Virus record (IMG/VR): IMGVR_UViG_3300028388_001808
Span: 29,734-93,733 of that record
Strand: one strand, 5' to 3'
DNA: 64,000 bases
Source of the DNA: a virus
The position numbers and the translations under genes are program-made. The notes under the pieces are model-generated. The model did no database searches and was not told where the DNA came from. It was given only the letters and a program-made list of their open reading frames with translations. Positions 55,810-64,000 of this stretch are shown here, piece by piece (within the stretch, counting starts at the first letter, position 1; every line of letters begins with the position of its first letter).

Positions 55810-58800
55810 ATTTAGTTTTGATTGTTCTGTTCTTCACCATTTGTTCGAAGGCAACGCGTTGAGAATCGGTTAAAGATTTCTTGAGCTGTAAGATGCTTAC
55901 AGGCAGCTCGAAGCGTACGTCCGTAACATCAAAGTCAGCCACTTCATTGATTCTGGAGAGTGGCAGCTTCTTATCAAATCCGGAAAACAGAGAATCGTTA
56001 TTGACCACTACATAACCATCACCAGATTCAAACTTAGGTTTGGTTTCTTCTGTTACAGGTTTTTCTTTTTTAGGTTCGACTTTTTGTTTCAACGGAGCAT
56101 CTTTGGATTTTCTACTGAATACGATAGCCAGATTATTAGGTCTTGAAAGAGCTACATACTTCAGCATGTTCCTTTCTATACCGTAGACACTACCATCAGG
56201 ATTCAGAACAGGATTATTTGTTACAGGAATATCTATGCTGTCCATGTCAATCATGATGTTTCTGTAAGTAGAACCTTGCACTTTATGGACAGTCAAAGCG
56301 TATCCGTAGTCTATGGTCTTTTTGAATCTTGCTGCTTTACCCTGACGTTGTAGCAAATCAATAGGAGCCATTCCTGTTTCTCTATTTCTTTTGAAGAGTT
56401 CCGGATTATTATCCATCAGTTCTTTCTCAGAAATCACCTTACCGTCATAAGCGATGAGGTTGCCAGGAACTTGAATCTTTCCATAGAGTGACTCTAATGC
56501 GCCTTGTATTCTCTTCTTTTTCGGCCATTCCCTAATCGTATTGTACTCCTGTACAAGTTTGTACATGTATTCTTTTATGGCGTCATTTGCAGGATTTTTC
56601 AAATCAAGGATACGTATCCTGTGTTCGGATTCCTGGTCATCAACTTCCTGTAGACGTACGTCATAAACAGCAGCTTTCATATACTCTCCGGTATAGATGT
56701 TACGAACAGTGTCATATTGTTCATTATAGTCACTGGATAGTACAACGTAATCCTGACCATTTTGAATAGGAGTTTCGCTTCCTATTTGATCGTAACCCAT
56801 AAGGATTTCACCTTTCTGGAATTGCTCCCTACCCATATCAGGCAATAGCTTGGAACGTATATAACGGTTCCACATATCTACCGCAGAGTTGGTATAGGCT
56901 GTAAGCTTCACATAGAGAGGATCAGTCTTGTAGTTGCTGAACATTTCTACTGCTCTATTCTGGAAAGTCTTGAAATCCCTGGTAAACTCTATACCTTCTT
57001 CCTTGTCATTGACGGAAGAAACATACTCAAATTTATCTGTCTTTGATGCGATGTTATTTCGAATAGCGTCAAATATCTGGAACAACGGATTACCAGATTC
57101 CTGTCTTTTCACCTCTGTCAGTTCGTATAGCTGACTTTGGGTTAGTGCGGGAGACAGTGCTTTAGAAGATGGTGAGGGTAACTGTGCAGGATCACCCATA
57201 AAAATCACCTTCGTAGACTTAGTAAGTGCCAAATCTATGATAGTAGCTACGTCTCTGGCATCAATCATAGAGGCTTCGTCTATAATCAGCAACCCACCAT
57301 CAGGAAGATACTTAGTATTACCATTGACCCATCTGGCATTTTCTCCGATACCTTCTTTACGTTTTGCCAGTATTTTTGCTACAGTTACAATGTCCTCACT
57401 GCGTCTTCCCTTCTCGGTCATCGCATTTCTAAGAACTTTAGCAGCTTTGTGTGTAGGTGCTGCAAACTGAGTATCAAGGTAGATTCCTCTTTTGTACTTC
57501 TCTTTGAGGTACTTGAGAAGATATTTGACGATACTGGTTTTACCCGTTCCGGCAAACCCTCTGAGAGAGAATGCAATGTTGTCAGCATTGTAGTCTCTTG
57601 AATTCACAAAGTCAGCCATACTTTGCAGAGCCTCTTTCTGACCGTCAGTCAATTCAAATTCTGTCTCTATCTGAATACCGTCACTGAAGGTAAAACCATG
57701 ATCTCTGGTTTTTGTGTCTTCTCCGTCGTTAGGAGTTTCTACTGTTTCAGGTTGTTCCGGTACATCTTCTTCTTCTACCGTAGCCGTTGTGTCTTCAGTA
57801 CTTCTGGAATCCAATAATGTGAACTGTAACTGAAAATATCCTCTGTTAGCCAGACGTTCCCACATCGAAGGACTCCAGCCTTCTTTTTCTGACCATTGTT
57901 TAGCGGTCAATCTGTTTACAGGTACGATGTCATCTATATGTACCAATACAGCTCTTCCTTTATTGTCAAAGAATTCTATCACGTCTCCCTCTCGTATAGT
58001 CCTTTTAGTTTCTTTAATAGGACCATAACCTATTTTGGAATACTCAGTTACAGTAGGTAACGTAGACCTGCTAGTACCTGTACGTTTACCTTCGAGTATC
58101 AAATCCATTGTAGATTTTCCAGCGTTCTCAGGACGCATTTTACGGCCTCCTGTGCCATCTTCGAAGGTCATTGGTATACGAGCCTGGATAGGCGTATTAG
58201 AGAAAGCCTGACGGTACGAATTGGGCAGATCCGATACAGGCTTCTTCGGCTTTTCGGACACCTTATCCGCTACCATCGATTTAATGACTTCCAATTCCTT
58301 ACCAGAGTAGTTTACAGGTTTTCCTGTTTTCACAGAAAAGACTTTGTTGTTTGCTACTATAAAAGGGTTGTTGTTATAAGTCACGATAGGAAAGCTACCT
58401 ATGCGAGTACCCTTATCGGCCATTTCCAGTACCTTATCATAAGGTCTTAGAAGTCTGGCTTCTCCTGTAATTAGCCTAACGTCTCCTTTAGTAGCATGAT
58501 CTATAGCAGCTACCATAAAATAACTACCTTCGTGATAGATCACAAGTCCAGGATTAAGGTCTTTCTTAGTCGAATCAAGATAAGTTTTAGTCTGTTCCAT
58601 TTGCTGTTCTGCTTCTTGTGTGTCTTCTTCCTGTTGAGAAGCTGTCTCATCTTCCATGAAAAGAAGTTGATAAGAGTAGCCGATGGCCATCTCAGCCAGC
58701 GTTCCGTTGATCTCTTTTCCAAAAACACCACCAAGATACTCCAAAAAGCCAGCAATGGACTCAATTACCTTGGAAAGTATAGAATCTGTCTTACTTTCAG

Positions 58801-61800
58801 GAAGCGGAATAGTAGATAAAACCCTAGCAAATTCAGGTTCAGTCAGCACGCCAGTAACAAATTCATGTATATTCTGCATCGCGTAGTTTACCTTCTTGCG
58901 CTGCTCTTTACTAAATTGAAGGTTACTGGGTATGACAGACTTTTCAGGTTTCAGTTCTTTTAATGCGAGACTATACGCCTGATACAAACCTTTAATAGGA
59001 TCAGGTAGGTTATCATAAGGTATCTTAAGACTTCCATCCTGATTGAAATATTGATTTAGCCTTTCTGCTGTAATACTATGAATGATCTCATGAGCAGCTA
59101 AAAGATTCGCTTTCTCTGCTCCTTTATCTCCATCGTACATGCGTTCTATCGCATCTTTAGAGAGTATGATTGCTTTGTTTGGTATGTTATAGACACCATT
59201 AAAAGGCTCTCCAGTAACATCAGAAACAATGTATATCTTGTCTGTATTCAACAAACCAGATAAAGTCTCAAACAAGAACTTACTGTGTGGAGTAAGATGA
59301 TTATGAGAAAGCAGATCAAGTAATTCTTTAGTGCCTATCTGCTGTACATTAGCTACATTTATCTTGTGCTTTGCTAAAGCTTGCGTTACTGTACTTTTTT
59401 CTTCAGGATTTACTTCAGAAAGACTTCTCGAAAAGTGTGTATCTTGAATAGAAGGCGTGTTAGCTGCCTTCACTTCCGGTTGAGTTTGCGTAGGAACTGG
59501 CAGGGGAATAGACGCAGGAGGATTGTTCTCTGCGATCATACTTTTAACAGGTTGTCCAGTTACCTGATGATTCATCAAAGCATTGTATTCAGAAGTCCCT
59601 GGTTTCGATGTACCAAGCGAAGGAACTCTGACGTAGTACAGTCCGTCGTCTCTCATATTCTGTACAAAAAGATCAAAACTCCCGCCCTTAGAATACGAAG
59701 AAATGAACTTAGGATAATGTTTGCCATTATAGCTGATATCATTAGGCACACCAGCAGCTTCAGGATTCAACTTATAACCTACTATCGCTTTAGCAGGACC
59801 AGAAGTAACAGGAATGAATACATTTACTTCCTTTAGTTTTTTCGGATTGTTCCTGTATGGTACAGATACAGTAGGATTCGTATTCCTTACAGCATACTCA
59901 GGATTGTGCTGAAAGAACTGCATTGTGAACTCAGATACCTGATCATCGTCTTTTTGTTCCATGCTATGCTTGAATAGTTTAGCATAACTAGGATCGTTTT
60001 TCATGAAGTCAAGAATACCAGACTTGATGACGTATCCTACAGGAACAAACTTAGAGAATTGTACTGCTTCCTGTATACCGCCTTCAAGATAAGCATACGT
60101 GATTAAGTCCTGAGCCAGCTTTCTTTCTGTATAAGGCTGATCACCAAACTCCGGTAGTTCTCTTTTAGACGCAAGAAGTTCGTAGAATGCGTTGTAGATA
60201 TGACTTTCATCGAAGTTAGCACCTGTAGCACTGTTGTACTTTATCAAGCTAGGCTTCAATCCATTAGGCTCTACTTCAAATTCTAAAAGTCGAAGAAACG
60301 CATTGTTCTTCTTCAGCGTCTCCGGCAACTCTTTTATATACCTTGCAAGAGAAGGATTTCCTTTCAGATCAAGGAAAAGTCTTGCTCTTTCTTGAAGAAC
60401 GCTGAATTCTGCATTTTTGTAGGCTACAACAGAGTTAATGTACTTACGCATGTCCTTTATGATCTTCTCGTAAAGAACTGTACGCTTGAACGTAGAAATA
60501 TCACCATATTCAGCAGCAGCCGTATAGGAAATCGTTTCTCCCACTACAGACCTAAATTCCGGATCGAGATAAGGGAAGAGATTTAATTCCGGAGAATCCA
60601 AATTCATAAATGTACCAAAAGCTGCACTGATACCGTATGCAGTAGCATAACCTTGTATACTGTCAGGATACACCATAACATCCATTATTGGGATGAATCC
60701 TTCAGCCAGCTTTTTATTGGCTTCTTCCGGCGTACCTTTTTTTCTGACTTTTCCCAGCACAGCATCTGCATTTTCAATCTTGGCATACGGACCTTTTTTG
60801 TCCATGAGTTCTCTTATCCTTTCTGCCCTTGCTATAACATGGAGCAGTGATTTACCAAGACCTTTAGAGTCGGCATTTACTGTAGTTTCTATGTCTCTTA
60901 TCTGCATTCCTATGTTATGCAGCATAATAAACTGAACGAGTACACCTTGCTGGAATCTGTTAAAGTCGCCTTTAAATTTACCAGACAGGCTTTCTCTAAG
61001 GTTCTTACCTGTCAGAGAATTGCCTATTTCTTGAATTTCTTGATGTATGATATGCTGATCATCAAAGTCCTGGTTTGCTGTAGGAGAAGAATTCTCGTCC
61101 CGGATGTGCATTAAAGCTCCATACTTCATTTCTCCTCCAAACTCTTCAACAAGTTGACGAATCACAGAGGGCAGAATATTACCATTACTGAACTGAGACA
61201 GTGAAGATTCTGCATTAGTCATCAGTTCTACATATCTTTTCAAGATAGGCTGAGACAAGAAGTATTCTCTAAGACCCACAGTGATTTCTTCGTCTCCGTC
61301 TTTGTAAGTGTCTTTGTCAAATCCAAGCAGAGTCATCGCCTTATCCGCATCCATAGTAGTGCGGTTAAGGTTAATCCTACCCATCACCTGTTCTTTCTCG
61401 TTATCTACAGCAATGTTCTGCCGTTCTGCCAATACTTCAGATATAGTACGTCCGCCATCGAGTGTTTTACTTCTGCCTAGTTTACCATCTGTGCGATACC
61501 TACCCATAAAAATCATGGGAGGTTTCCAGACGATAAAAGGACCATTATCCCCCCATTCAAATTGAGGCTGCTTGATCGTAAGAGGTCTTTTGTTCGCTGC
61601 GGCTATCTGAGTAGCTGCATGAAATACAACGTCCAAAGAATACGCACCTGTACCTGTTCTACCATGAGAGCCGGATATGAGTTTTTCTTTCTGATGCTCA
61701 TCAGATAGTGGAGTAAAGTACTCTTCTGCCATATCTGACATGGCTTCTATCTCTTCAGCGTTCCTTCTCGCCTCATCCATTGACAGTGGAGAAAGGATCA

Positions 61801-64000
61801 GATTTTGTATTGCGGGATTAGCAAATATCGAATGGTGAATTTCAATGATTTCGTTTTCCAGTTTCTTCTGCTCTTCGTCATTGTCTACTACTACTCTACC
61901 GTTATCAAGTTTTGTATTGTACTGATAGAAGTATTTCATATCAATGTCAAAATCCTGACCAGTCTGCGTTACAAGGTCTTTGCTTTCAATGACCATATCA
62001 CCTACTTCAGGAGGCAGGAACCCTACAATCTCTGAAGAGTGCATAGATACTTTACCTGAAGTCGGGATACGAAAACCAAAAAGACGCAGCGTGTCAGGAT
62101 CAAACATTTCTTCACGCAAAAAGAACTTACCTTCTACCTCAGTAAGATAGATATAAGCCCCATTACTATCCTGACGCATCAAATCAATAAGTCTTCCTTT
62201 TTGATCCTTAGTGCGTGAGGGTGCTAATACTTGAGTAGAGAGTACAGTAGTGCCATCTTCTGACAGTCTGCTTCCTCTCAACTGACCTTCCCATTTAGAA
62301 GTCCAGATTATTCTGGATTTGTACTGATCAAATGCCTTTTGTTTCTCAGCTTTGATCCTCTTGGATTGCATTACCCTTCTGGCATAATCCAGAATCTCAG
62401 ACATTATTTCAGATCGTCCATCTGTCCGAACATCATAGTCAAAAGAAGCTTGACCAGAGTCCACCAACTCGTTTGTATGAGAGTGGTTCGGATTTTGCAC
62501 AAAAGATTGAGTGACAAGGTATTGAGTAAGATCTTTTACAGAGTTCAAGTCAGCAGCCTGACCTGGGAATACCTTACCGTCTACCTTAAAGCTGTTCGAC
62601 TTAGCCCAGTTTACATATCTGTCATGTACAGACTGATCAAACTTACCTGATTTGAGTGCCTGATAGGCGTGTTCTACACTATAGAACTCACGTATTGTAA
62701 AGGTTGTGTCTTTATCCGATATGGGAACATTGGACATCTTCTTCAGATTGCCTTCATTATCGAAAGCAAGTCTGAATGTTCTGGTTGTCGTATTTTGAAA
62801 AGCTGGAAAGCTTGATACCTGTACAGTCTGATCCGGAAGACTTGGTACGTTTGAAAGCATACCTTCTTCAGAAGCCACTACCATAGAATGACCTGGCATT
62901 TTGGTTTTTACTATCTTGTTGTTTATAATAGAAACCAAAAGAGCTTCGTATCTGGCAGCATTTACATGCGTCCAAAGAGGAACCTCAAACTTACCATTTT
63001 CATCTACAGTAAGTCCTTCAAGATCAGAATCGTTATAGTTTCTCGATTCTGCTTCTTCTAACAGAATCTTTTGTAGTTCCTTGGCTGTCTTGTTAGCATC
63101 TTCAGGAACCAATGCACCGGATTCGTCTCTCTTCAATCCGAGACGATCCATAAACTTGTTCATCCGAATATTAAAGAGACTCTTGTATGCGTTGTTGTAC
63201 TTCTCATACAAAGAAAGTCCAGTCTCTGTATTGCCCTGATGAGTAAAGTCGTTGACGTCTAGTATATCAGCAAAGAGTACTTTAGCTTCTTGAGTACCTA
63301 AGTTGATGTGTTTCTTCTCTCCCTTATATGGTTTGTCCTGCTGTATTCTAAAGTTTGTCCTGTTCATAACCATCACAGGAGGAGAGGCTTTAAAAGCAGA
63401 CTCAATACTATTCGTATCTATCTTTCCGTCATCGTCCCATATCTTCAAAGCAGACTTCGGAAATCCTACTTTGACACCAGTACCATATACAGCTCTGTCT
63501 ATCTTGTTATTCTGCATGACACGTTCCAGCTTCTCTAATTCCGTACCTGCCACGAGTTGAGGAAGCAGAGGAATACTAGAAGTTTTAAGATACATGAAAC
63601 GCATCATTTTCGCTACAGGATCGTAATGCTGTCCGGTATAAACAGGTTTCAGTGGCTGGAATACTTTATTTACCACTGCCAGTTGTCTTGGAGACAGTCT
63701 AGACATTTTGACTCCACGAGAAACCAAGTCTCTAGCTTCTTCAATTTCCTGAAGTGTTATCTCGAAGGCATATCCTGGAGTCTTTGCCATAGATTCCAGT
63801 ATGTGCAAATGTTCCTGCCACGTAGTGTATTCCTGGGCATCAGAGGCTTCAATTTCCATGTAAGCCTTGGTCTTCGGAAATCCTTTCAGGTATTCTTTCT
63901 TCCTCTGCGAATCCATCTGATCGTACGCAGCTTTATCGAAAGTCTTACCGTCTATCACCTTAGCCAGATACTCAATTTCTCTTGAGAAGGATTTACGATC
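55802..64000 (-). CDS. Giant virion RNA polymerase polyprotein (5' part outside the window) with zincin, ASCH-like and SF1 helicase domains
   Basis: SDAQ, LKPVY, YLKTS, GFRIPT and catalytic GQDFDID (about 61940-61954); HEIIH; GFAGTGKT/DEASM/GDPAQL/TVHKVQGSTY/YVALSR. Confidence 0.85.
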   Translation of the reverse strand, partial: DRKSFSREIEYLAKVIDGKTFDKAAYDQMDSQRKKEYLKGFPKTKAYMEIEASDAQEYTTWQEHLHILESMAKTPGYAFEITLQEIEEARDLVSRGVKMSRLSPRQLAVVNKVFQPLKPVYTGQHYDPVAKMMRFMYLKTSSIPLLPQLVAGTELEKLERVMQNNKIDRAVYGTGVKVGFPKSALKIWDDDGKIDTNSIESAFKASPPVMVMNRTNFRIQQDKPYKGEKKHINLGTQEAKVLFADILDVNDFTHQGNTETGLSLYEKYNNAYKSLFNIRMNKFMDRLGLKRDESGALVPEDANKTAKELQKILLEEAESRNYNDSDLEGLTVDENGKFEVPLWTHVNAARYEALLVSIINNKIVKTKMPGHSMVVASEEGMLSNVPSLPDQTVQVSSFPAFQNTTTRTFRLAFDNEGNLKKMSNVPISDKDTTFTIREFYSVEHAYQALKSGKFDQSVHDRYVNWAKSNSFKVDGKVFPGQAADLNSVKDLTQYLVTQSFVQNPNHSHTNELVDSGQASFDYDVRTDGRSEIMSEILDYARRVMQSKRIKAEKQKAFDQYKSRIIWTSKWEGQLRGSRLSEDGTTVLSTQVLAPSRTKDQKGRLIDLMRQDSNGAYIYLTEVEGKFFLREEMFDPDTLRLFGFRIPTSGKVSMHSSEIVGFLPPEVGDMVIESKDLVTQTGQDFDIDMKYFYQYNTKLDNGRVVVDNDEEQKKLENEIIEIHHSIFANPAIQNLILSPLSMDEARRNAEEIEAMSDMAEEYFTPLSDEHQKEKLISGSHGRTGTGAYSLDVVFHAATQIAAANKRPLTIKQPQFEWGDNGPFIVWKPPMIFMGRYRTDGKLGRSKTLDGGRTISEVLAERQNIAVDNEKEQVMGRINLNRTTMDADKAMTLLGFDKDTYKDGDEEITVGLREYFLSQPILKRYVELMTNAESSLSQFSNGNILPSVIRQLVEEFGGEMKYGALMHIRDENSSPTANQDFDDQHIIHQEIQEIGNSLTGKNLRESLSGKFKGDFNRFQQGVLVQFIMLHNIGMQIRDIETTVNADSKGLGKSLLHVIARAERIRELMDKKGPYAKIENADAVLGKVRKKGTPEEANKKLAEGFIPIMDVMVYPDSIQGYATAYGISAAFGTFMNLDSPELNLFPYLDPEFRSVVGETISYTAAAEYGDISTFKRTVLYEKIIKDMRKYINSVVAYKNAEFSVLQERARLFLDLKGNPSLARYIKELPETLKKNNAFLRLLEFEVEPNGLKPSLIKYNSATGANFDESHIYNAFYELLASKRELPEFGDQPYTERKLAQDLITYAYLEGGIQEAVQFSKFVPVGYVIKSGILDFMKNDPSYAKLFKHSMEQKDDDQVSEFTMQFFQHNPEYAVRNTNPTVSVPYRNNPKKLKEVNVFIPVTSGPAKAIVGYKLNPEAAGVPNDISYNGKHYPKFISSYSKGGSFDLFVQNMRDDGLYYVRVPSLGTSKPGTSEYNALMNHQVTGQPVKSMIAENNPPASIPLPVPTQTQPEVKAANTPSIQDTHFSRSLSEVNPEEKSTVTQALAKHKINVANVQQIGTKELLDLLSHNHLTPHSKFLFETLSGLLNTDKIYIVSDVTGEPFNGVYNIPNKAIILSKDAIERMYDGDKGAEKANLLAAHEIIHSITAERLNQYFNQDGSLKIPYDNLPDPIKGLYQAYSLALKELKPEKSVIPSNLQFSKEQRKKVNYAMQNIHEFVTGVLTEPEFARVLSTIPLPESKTDSILSKVIESIAGFLEYLGGVFGKEINGTLAEMAIGYSYQLLFMEDETASQQEEDTQEAEQQMEQTKTYLDSTKKDLNPGLVIYHEGSYFMVAAIDHATKGDVRLITGEARLLRPYDKVLEMADKGTRIGSFPIVTYNNNPFIVANNKVFSVKTGKPVNYSGKELEVIKSMVADKVSEKPKKPVSDLPNSYRQAFSNTPIQARIPMTFEDGTGGRKMRPENAGKSTMDLILEGKRTGTSRSTLPTVTEYSKIGYGPIKETKRTIREGDVIEFFDNKGRAVLVHIDDIVPVNRLTAKQWSEKEGWSPSMWERLANRGYFQLQFTLLDSRSTEDTTATVEEEDVPEQPETVETPNDGEDTKTRDHGFTFSDGIQIETEFELTDGQKEALQSMADFVNSRDYNADNIAFSLRGFAGTGKTSIVKYLLKYLKEKYKRGIYLDTQFAAPTHKAAKVLRNAMTEKGRRSEDIVTVAKILAKRKEGIGENARWVNGNTKYLPDGGLLIIDEASMIDARDVATIIDLALTKSTKVIFMGDPAQLPSPSSKALSPALTQSQLYELTEVKRQESGNPLFQIFDAIRNNIASKTDKFEYVSSVNDKEEGIEFTRDFKTFQNRAVEMFSNYKTDPLYVKLTAYTNSAVDMWNRYIRSKLLPDMGREQFQKGEILMGYDQIGSETPIQNGQDYVVLSSDYNEQYDTVRNIYTGEYMKAAVYDVRLQEVDDQESEHRIRILDLKNPANDAIKEYMYKLVQEYNTIREWPKKKRIQGALESLYGKIQVPGNLIAYDGKVISEKELMDNNPELFKRNRETGMAPIDLLQRQGKAARFKKTIDYGYALTVHKVQGSTYRNIMIDMDSIDIPVTNNPVLNPDGSVYGIERNMLKYVALSRPNNLAIVFSRKSKDAPLKQKVEPKKEKPVTEETKPKFESGDGYVVVNNDSLFSGFDKKLPLSRINEVADFDVTDVRFELPVSILQLKKSLTDSQRVAFEQMVKNRTIKTKCE

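Noticed and set aside
1-64000. Stop-codon reassignment as in some crAss-like phages
   Set aside because: Long genes are intact in code 11, TAG and TGA end several genes, and no suppressor tRNA was seen.

Overview
This is a 64-kb stretch of a crAss-like (Crassvirales-type) phage genome in genetic code 11, with no sign of stop-codon recoding. The host is most likely Bacteroidota, judged from TAnnTTTG promoter boxes and the gene repertoire. (1) About 1-18.4 kb, minus strand, is the late/structural module: terminase, portal, acidic scaffold, major capsid protein, accessory capsid and ring proteins, M15 peptidase, and HU/IHF-like and wHTH proteins. (2) About 18.6-27.6 kb, plus strand, is an early region of small ORFs separated by long hairpin-dense non-coding tracts. 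(3) About 27.4-31.5 kb is an RNA island: an array of small structured RNAs, then three tRNA genes and a TROVE/DUF2828-VWA (Ro60-like) gene. (4) About 31.5-51.4 kb, plus strand, is the replication module: PolA, DnaB-like helicase, AAA ATPase, SSB-like protein, primase, UDG, a Ubl-E2-JAB-E1 cassette, PD-(D/E)XK nucleases and MazG. (5) 51.5-64 kb, minus strand, encodes giant virion proteins, including a truncated DFDID RNA polymerase polyprotein fused to an SF1 helicase. The standout is 27.67-28.66 kb. Seven RNA units there share one helix (stem-CTTAG(A/T)A(C/T) ... G(A/T/G)CAG-stem) that resembles the Ro60-binding helix of Y RNAs. The helix is attached at four different points of a tRNA cloverleaf (D arm, variable arm, anticodon arm, acceptor end) or to minimal hairpins, about 1 kb upstream of the Ro60-like gene. 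This is a candidate phage Ro/Y-RNA tRNA-mimic array. All assignments come from reading motifs by eye; no database searches were run.
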